From the NCBI GenBank assembly GCA_963797095.1, contig CAWCNY010000007.1, positions 136,238 through 200,237 on the forward strand: 64,000 nt of DNA, read 5' to 3'. The position numbers and the translations under genes were made by a program. The notes below the pieces were generated by a model. The model saw only the letters and a list, made by a program, of their open reading frames with translations, ran no database searches and was not told the origin of the DNA. Position 1 is the first letter of the stretch; every line of letters begins with the position of its first letter. The DNA comes from an uncultured Chloroflexia bacterium. GTDB taxonomy: Bacteria; Chloroflexota; Chloroflexia; QHBQ01; JADMIH01. Positions 57,735 to 64,000 of this stretch are shown one piece after another.

Positions 57735-59487
57735 CTAGGGACGCGCCCCGTACACACTCTCGTATTTCTGCACACCCAGCAATCCTAGCAGGGTCTGGAA
57801 GTTGGGGTCGCTGTTCTCAGAGTGGTATTCCAGGCGGTTACGCTCGAAGTACTGCACCAGATAGCTTTTGCCGTCTGTGGGGCTTATCTCCTCAAAAGCT
57901 TCGGATATAGGGTAGCCGAAGACGGGGATGCCGCCGTGGCTCCGCCAGTAAGCCTGAAACCGTTCGCCCACGAAATGACCTGTTTCGTTGAAGTAGAGGA
58001 GGCCACAACCGTCGCACGGTGAGGCGCGCTGGAACGGGCCTTCGCTCTCCCTACCAGCCACAAGGTCCAGGCCGAGCCTCCCTAGGAGCACATATGACTC
58101 TTTGCCCTGGTTTTCAGGGTGTAACTCAAAGCGGGCGCGCTCGGTGTACTGCACGCTATAGGTGTTGCCGTCCTCTAATTTCTCGCTCAATTCGCCGGTG
58201 ACGGGGAGGCCGAACTGCTCAAGGCCCCCGTGGGTGAACCAGTAATCGAGGAACGCGCCGCGCAAGCACTGGCCTGTTTCGTGGAAGCAGCGGCTCACGC
58301 CGGGGAGTTGAGCGGCAGGCACGGGCGCGGGCTTGCCCGCCACAGCGGTGGGCGCGGCCCCGGCTGGTGGGACGGGCGTGGGCGGGGTGCCTGCATACGA
58401 GATGCGGTAGATCCTGCCCGTGTTGTCCTGGGATGCAAATAGGGAGCCGTCATAAGGATCGACGGCCACGCCGACCCAGGTTTCGCCCGTACTGAGGAAG
58501 CCCTGGGGTGGGCCTGAAGGCTTACCATCTTTGAAAGGCACGAACACGATGCCGCGGTTGTCGGGGTAGTTGATGCTGTGTTGAGCCACGAAGATACCAC
58601 CCCAGTATTGCGAAGGGAAGGAGTAGACGGGCCCCTCATAGAAGGCCATACCGAGGGGAGCGGAGTGGGGTGGGAACGTTTCAACCGGAGGAATGGTAGC
58701 GCCGCAGTTGCGCCCACCGAGGATGGGATTTGGGTCCTGATTGTCAATACAGAAAGGGAAGCCGTAGTCGCCGCCGTCCACGATCCGGTTTAGCTCGTCG
58801 GGAGGGCGAGTGGTGCCCAGGTCGTCGGCCCCATTGTCCACGCCCCACATGTCGCCGGTGACCGAGTCCCCACCCAAAACCGACCGTATTGCGCAGGCCC
58901 CTGGCGAAGACGCGCCCGCCGGAGCCATCAGCGTTGTACTGCCAGATGGTGGCCCTGGTGGCGGCCTCCTGGGCATCGTCGTTGTAGGAGCCGATGTTCA
59001 TGTAGAACTTGCCATCGGGACCCCAGGCTATGGTCTTGGTTTTGTGGCGGCCATTGGCGGGCAGATCGCCTATGAAGACCTCTTTGGTATCGGCCACCAG
59101 ATCGCCATCGGTATCCTGCAAGCGCCAGATGCGTCCCAATTCGCCCACGTAGACCGAGCCCAGGTGGAAAACGACATTGTTGGGCGAATAGAAGCCGCTG
59201 GAGAAGGTGATGAGGGAATCGGCCTTGCCGTCGTGGTCGCGGTCGGGGAGCACTCGTACCCTGTTGTTGGTCGAGCCGAATTCGGCCACGTAGAGATCGC
59301 CGTCGGGCGAGAAGGAGACGAAGCGTGGGGTGGTGAGACCGCTCGCATATAACTCGGCCTTGAAGCCGGGGGGTAAGCCGAGTGAAGTGGCATCGGGCGC
59401 TGCCTGGATTGGCGTGTTTGTTAGGAGCAGGATGGCGGCTATGGTCGAGGCCGCGACAAGAAAGAGGAATACGATGCTTTTCTTCAT
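57735..59487 (-). CDS. Secreted PQQ-dependent sugar/sorbosone dehydrogenase-like beta-propeller with two C-terminal FPETG/YFER modules; frameshift near 58870
   Basis: LPPGFKAELYA, GLRNTVG, PPDELN, DYGFPFC, HSAPLG; removing one G from a G4 run restores GWDSVTGDMWG. Confidence 0.88.
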
Positions 59488-59498
59488 GGCAATGCTCC

Positions 59499-60528
59499 TT
59501 ATTTGACAGGAGCCACCTCCCGCAAGAAACGATCCACGCTCTCGGCCCATTTGTTGGGGTCGTTTGCCAGGAGCGACTCGTGACCTGCTCCTGGGAAGGC
59601 GACCTGTTGTTTGTCGCCGCTGGGGTTGAGATGGCCGTAGATCGACTTGCTCTGTTCAGGGGTGACGCGTGGGTCGGGTTCGCCGTACATGAGAAGGGTG
59701 GGGCACTGGACTTTGGAAGCGTAATCGACGGGGTTGTCGGTGAAGCCGTTGAACCCGTGCTGAACGCTGCCCCAGAATACCATCAATTCGGCGGAAGGAA
59801 AAGGCGGAAGGCCCATGGCGTCGAATCGATTGCGTACGGTGTTGAGAAGGGTGTCGAAGGGGCCCTCGAGGATGAGGGCATCGGGTCGAGAGCCTTCTTC
59901 GGCGTAGGCCCGCAGTATCGCGGAAGCACCCATCGACACGCCATAGAGCACGATCTTCGCGCCGGGCCATTGCTGACGGGCGTAGTCAAGCGCAGCGGCG
60001 ACATCCTGGGATTCTCGCGCTCCAAGAGTGGTGTCGCTGCCCGTGGAGCCGCCCGCGCCCCGGAAATCGACCAGGAGAGGCGACCACCGCATCCGGTAGA
60101 AGCGGCCTGCCTGCTGGAGGAGGGGAGTCTTTGCTGCTTGCGTAGCCCGGAAACATGAGGATGATGTTTTGTGCGTCGGAGGACGTGCCGATGTACCACG
60201 CTTCAAGGGACTCGGAGTTGCTTTCGGCGATAGGGATGATCCTGGTTTCGTACGGCAGAACGAGGTCGGCGGGGGTGTTGGTGTTGGTAGGGCGCGGGAC
60301 GGTGGTGCCGAGGAGTATCGTCCCTACCTTGTCGATAAAGGAGAGTTGTTCCGGACTGGCGGTGCGCGCTGTCGAAGATGCGTAGTGGGTCATGGTCCAG
60401 GTTTGCATGAAGGCTATGGCGTTGAGCGCCAGGAGCAAGCCCACCACTATAACGAGGACAATGCGACGCCAACCGGGTTCGAATCTCTGTCTTACCTTTA
60501 TATGCAGCGGTGAATGCAAACTCATCAA
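59499..60528 (-). CDS. Membrane-anchored alpha/beta hydrolase; frameshift near 60123
   Basis: N-terminal TM; DFRGAGGS, GVSMG, D..V, GAGH; removing one C from a C4 run restores KDSLLQQAG. Confidence 0.85.
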
Positions 60529-60561
60529 CCTTTACAACGAATTATACAGGCGCGGTGGTGT

Positions 60562-60610
60562 GCCAAATAACAGAAACGGACCATCAAGTGGTCCGTTTCT
60601 GTTATTTGGC
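60562..60610 (-). terminator. 22-bp perfect hairpin after the SLH gene
   Basis: GCCAAATAACAGAAACGGACCA-TCAAG-TGGTCCGTTTCTGTTATTTGGC. Confidence 0.8.
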
Positions 60611-60625
60611 TATCGTTTTGGGGTG

Positions 60626-63571
60626 TCAGCGGGTTGAGAGGCAACCGGGGAAGAAGGTGTTGGACACGATCTTGGAGGTCTGGCCCCTGGTGGCGTTGTT
60701 GCCGGGGCGGAAGTAGGGGAGGTTGCCAGCCTGGCATGGCTCGCCGGGGGAGCCGCATGGGTAGCCCTGCATGATATCGCGGGAGGCCAGCCTGCCGATG
60801 TAATCGTGGAAAGGCTGGTCCAGGGGCACATCCTCGAATACCTGAGCGGGTTGAGCATCGGTGTAGCCCGCCGTATTGGCGACGATCTTGGAGATCTGCC
60901 CACGAGTGGCGTTGTTGCCGGGGCGGAAGTAGGGGAGGTTGCCAGCCTGGCATGGCTCGCCGGGGGAGCCGCATGGGTAGCCCTGCATGATGTCACGAGA
61001 CGCCAGCCTGCCCACATAATCGAAGAACGAACTGTCCACGGGGACATCCTGGAACATCGGGGCCAATTGAGGATCATCGAAGCCCGCCGAGTTGGACACT
61101 ATTTTGGCTAGCTGCCCACGAGTGACGTTGTTGCCGGGGCGGAAGGTACCATCAGAGTAGCCGTTGATGATGCCGAGGCAGGCCAGGCAGCGCACATATG
61201 AGTAGAAGGTATCGGTCGAGGGCACGTCGCTGAAAGTGATGGTGCATGTGGTAGCAGTTGGCTCGGTGGTGGCTGTTTCTGTGGGAGCGATTTCGACGGT
61301 GTTGGTAAGGGTGGGCGTGTCTGTGTTTTCGGCGGTGGATGTGGCGGGTGGGGTACTTGCCGCGTGGGTCGCCGTTGGGGGCACCAGGGTTTCGGTTGGC
61401 TCGACTGCTGTGGTGGTAGAGGAGGGCTGGGGTGGTGTGGCAGTTGGCGTATCGGAAGATGTAGGCGTTGGTGTGTCGGTGGTTGGAGGCACTGGTGTAC
61501 TGGTTGGATTGGTCGGAGGAGTGTTCGTTGCTGTAGTGGTGCTTGTGGAGGTGTAGGCAGGTGTGTTTGTGCCAGTTGGCGTGCTTATAACTGTGTTGGT
61601 TGGGGTATCGGTACTGGTGGGTAGATCTGTTGATGTCCGTGTTGGTGTGCCGGTAGGTAGATCTGTTGGGGTTTGTGTTGGTGTGCCGGTGGGCATGGTG
61701 GTAGGGGTGCCGGTCGTCGCTTCAGTGGGAGTATCTGCAGGCGTATTTGTAGGCGTATTTGTAGGCGTATTTGTGGGCGTGTTAGTTGGTGTATTGGTGG
61801 AAGTGCCGGTCGAGGTGGGAGCTGGGGTGAAAGTAAAGGTAGCAGAAGGGCTTGGGCTGGGGGTTGCCGAATTGGTAGGGAGCACTATTATCTCCCAGGT
61901 GGTAGTATCCTGTGCGTATGTAGGCGCTTGCTTGAGGCGCAGCCATGAAGTAGAGCATTGACCTTGCGGGCCGAAGAACTGGGCGTATTCGGGAGTGCCT
62001 GGGGCGGGAATCTGCACGGTTTCGGGATTGGGACATCCCACGCAATACCAATCGTTATCGGGGCTAACATAGCCAACCCCTATATCTCCATAGCAGTTAT
62101 TGTTATAGAGGTCAGAGCAGGGAGAATAGTTGCCGGAACCGTCCTCGACGCAGTATTGCATCTGGTATTGCATAGTGGGGGAGGGGCTGCATCCACCGTT
62201 ACCGCCGCAATCCTGGTCGAAGTGGCGCATGCTGAGAGTTTGCCCGGCCATATCGCCTGTAAGCTGCGTGAACAACATTGGAAAAAGCACCCCAGTATCA
62301 AGGTTCATCACCATAGCTCGCGCTGCTGAGACGATGGCGGGAGGATCACCGCTATCCCAATCGGGCGGGGGGTTGGCGCTTGACGTTTGCTGGAAATACT
62401 GGGTATTTGAGAAGCAGATATTGGTGTTGGGATTCGACAGGTTATTACAAGCGTAACCGGCAGCATCGTTGATGCTTTTTGGACCAACTCTGATATCGAA
62501 GTTGTTCTCGCTCGAACCGCTCGACGTTTGGACATAGAGGTAAAGGTAGATATGGCCGTTAGGCTCGCGGGCGTAGCAGTCATGAGTTGGCTCTGGGCAG
62601 GATGGGTCGTTGAGCGTGATGTCGAAGCCCGGAGGTTGGTACCAGGCCAGGTCGGTAAAGGGATCCAATCCTATAGTATATGCTGCGATTGAAGCTCCAC
62701 CCGGCTGGTCGGATAGTGTGGCAGGATCGGCGTATATGTCGGGTGGGTTTGGGTAAAAATGCCAGAGCTTGAAGGAGGTTGTATTCGCCCAACTATCGTT
62801 CCACGCCCCGCTGGGAGGATTAACATCTGAAGCGCTATGCGGTTGTCTGAACTCATCCACTCGCCACACGGCCACTCTGCGAGTTCCGGCGAATGCCGTT
62901 GGGATGGGAGTGGCTGTGAGTGGATAAGCACCGGGGTGCATATATGTATTGAATCTTTCGCCACCCCCCCCAAAACCAGATCCATAAGTAAATCTACCAT
63001 CGTTGGGGTAGTAAGTGGGCGTCGCTACAGGCGTGGAACAGGGTGTGCCAAATCCAGGGCAGATGGTAGGCACAGGCGTAAGTGGTGTGGGAGCGCTATC
63101 GGGGCGGTTATATGTATCGGGGTCGTAGAGTTGAACGAGCAGATGATCGTCGGGAAAGTCGGGCGGAACATCTATGCGGTAGAGATAGCCGTAAGGTTGC
63201 TGGGTCGCCTCGGGGTTGGGAGTAGCGCCTGCTATATAGTACGGAGAATAAGCATCACCCATTTTGCGGAAACTATCCGGACCCTCGACACTAATGTTAA
63301 GTTCGTTGAAGACGCCCGCGATACCATAAGGCTTGGTGTTGAGAGGGGTGTAAGCATTTGTGCCGCTGAGGACGGGGCGTGCGGGTGGCTGGTTGACCAC
63401 CTGGGCGTAGAGCTTGTTCTGGCCGATGGTCGGGCTCGAGCTGCTGCTTATGAGCCAGGTAGCCATTAATATAGTGACAACAAGCATCGCAGGCCACGCA
63501 AGCACGCTTATATGCTTGCGGACAGCAGGTGTGAGGCTGGGGAGATTGTGGGAAGTCATTACTCTACGCAC
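60626..63571 (-). CDS. Large secreted surface protein: Cys-rich N-terminal domain, ~200-aa Thr/Pro linker, three Cys-containing SLH domains
   Basis: N-terminal signal/TM; TNTP repeats; CTITFSDVP...[13 protein letters not shown]...TRGQ repeated three times. Confidence 0.88.
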   Translation of the reverse strand: MRRVMTSHNLPSLTPAVRKHISVLAWPAMLVVTILMATWLISSSSSPTIGQNKLYAQVVNQPPARPVLSGTNAYTPLNTKPYGIAGVFNELNISVEGPDSFRKMGDAYSPYYIAGATPNPEATQQPYGYLYRIDVPPDFPDDHLLVQLYDPDTYNRPDSAPTPLTPVPTICPGFGTPCSTPVATPTYYPNDGRFTYGSGFGGGGERFNTYMHPGAYPLTATPIPTAFAGTRRVAVWRVDEFRQPHSASDVNPPSGAWNDSWANTTSFKLWHFYPNPPDIYADPATLSDQPGGASIAAYTIGLDPFTDLAWYQPPGFDITLNDPSCPEPTHDCYAREPNGHIYLYLYVQTSSGSSENNFDIRVGPKSINDAAGYACNNLSNPNTNICFSNTQYFQQTSSANPPPDWDSGDPPAIVSAARAMVMNLDTGVLFPMLFTQLTGDMAGQTLSMRHFDQDCGGNGGCSPSPTMQYQMQYCVEDGSGNYSPCSDLYNNNCYGDIGVGYVSPDNDWYCVGCPNPETVQIPAPGTPEYAQFFGPQGQCSTSWLRLKQAPTYAQDTTTWEIIVLPTNSATPSPSPSATFTFTPAPTSTGTSTNTPTNTPTNTPTNTPTNTPADTPTEATTGTPTTMPTGTPTQTPTDLPTGTPTRTSTDLPTSTDTPTNTVISTPTGTNTPAYTSTSTTTATNTPPTNPTSTPVPPTTDTPTPTSSDTPTATPPQPSSTTTAVEPTETLVPPTATHAASTPPATSTAENTDTPTLTNTVEIAPTETATTEPTATTCTITFSDVPSTDTFYSYVRCLACLGIINGYSDGTFRPGNNVTRGQLAKIVSNSAGFDDPQLAPMFQDVPVDSSFFDYVGRLASRDIMQGYPCGSPGEPCQAGNLPYFRPGNNATRGQISKIVANTAGYTDAQPAQVFEDVPLDQPFHDYIGRLASRDIMQGYPCGSPGEPCQAGNLPYFRPGNNATRGQTSKIVSNTFFPGCLSTR

Positions 63572-63878
63572 ATTATCATCTATTTGATGACTTACATGAA
63601 TAGGAAGACGGTACTAGGTATTCACGCACGGCAAGGCTACTCATCAATCGTAGAGACAACGATTTGGGTCCTTATGCGAATGCACCATCAAGCTAAATGC
63701 CAAATTAGGGAGTGAGGAAAAGCAAGGAGACGTGTAGAACAGGAATATCTGATCAACAGCCGGTATCAACGGCTTCCAAACTGGCAAGACGTAGGGCGGT
63801 CAACGTTGGAACAGTACGGGCGGATAGCGTACGATGTCAATTCTCCCACCGGTATACTGCTCTCACAATTATGTCAAC

Positions 63879-63908
63879 TTGACACTGGAAGAAGCAACTT
63901 GCTATAAT
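63879..63908 (+). promoter_or_regulatory. Sigma70 consensus promoter of the tRNA gene
   Basis: TTGACA-N18-TATAAT. Confidence 0.85.
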
Positions 63909-63929
63909 TTATTCGTTCCGAATAGAAAT

Positions 63930-64000
63930 GGGCCGCTAGCTCAATGGCAGAGCAACTGACTCTTAATCAGTGGGTTCAAGGTTCAAGTCCTTGGCGGCTC
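63930..64000 (+). tRNA. tRNA-Lys (anticodon CTT); 3' end cut by the window edge
   Basis: Acceptor stem GGGCCGC/GCGGCTC; D arm GCTC-AATGGCA-GAGC; anticodon arm ACTGA-CTCTTAA-TCAGT; T arm CAAGG-TTCAAGT-CCTTG. Confidence 0.96.

Noticed and set aside
63572-64000. Integrative element at tRNA-Lys
   Set aside because: No integrase or duplicated tRNA 3' end in the window; the downstream side is not visible

Overview
A GC-rich bacterial chromosome segment, probably from a monoderm Chloroflexota (Chloroflexia-like). That assignment is inferred from the recurring 'FPETG...YFERARFE' surface module, Cys-bearing SLH anchors, Thr/Pro linkers and large GT-C-like membrane proteins. Housekeeping genes are fmt, argS, mnmA, mutS2, corA and tRNA-Lys(CTT). 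Other loci are an operon of three GNATs, hutU, DUF433, an ornithine-cyclodeaminase-like gene and an SDR; an ECF sigma/anti-sigma pair followed by two peptide ABC permeases; a DoxX-Rieske fusion; and a prkA-yhbH-X-spoVR operon with an extra zinc-finger gene. There are many secreted or surface proteins. Six single-base indels split five otherwise intact genes, mostly at homopolymers, so they are probably long-read errors. One gene carries an in-frame TAG. The main unexplained signals are more than a dozen 7-bp tandem arrays of different sequence (often paired with an inverted partner and next to start codons), two structured leader/sRNA candidates behind consensus sigma70 promoters, an internal twin-arginine motif in the DoxX-Rieske protein, and two parallel surface-anchoring modules. 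No CRISPR array, prophage or transposase was found.
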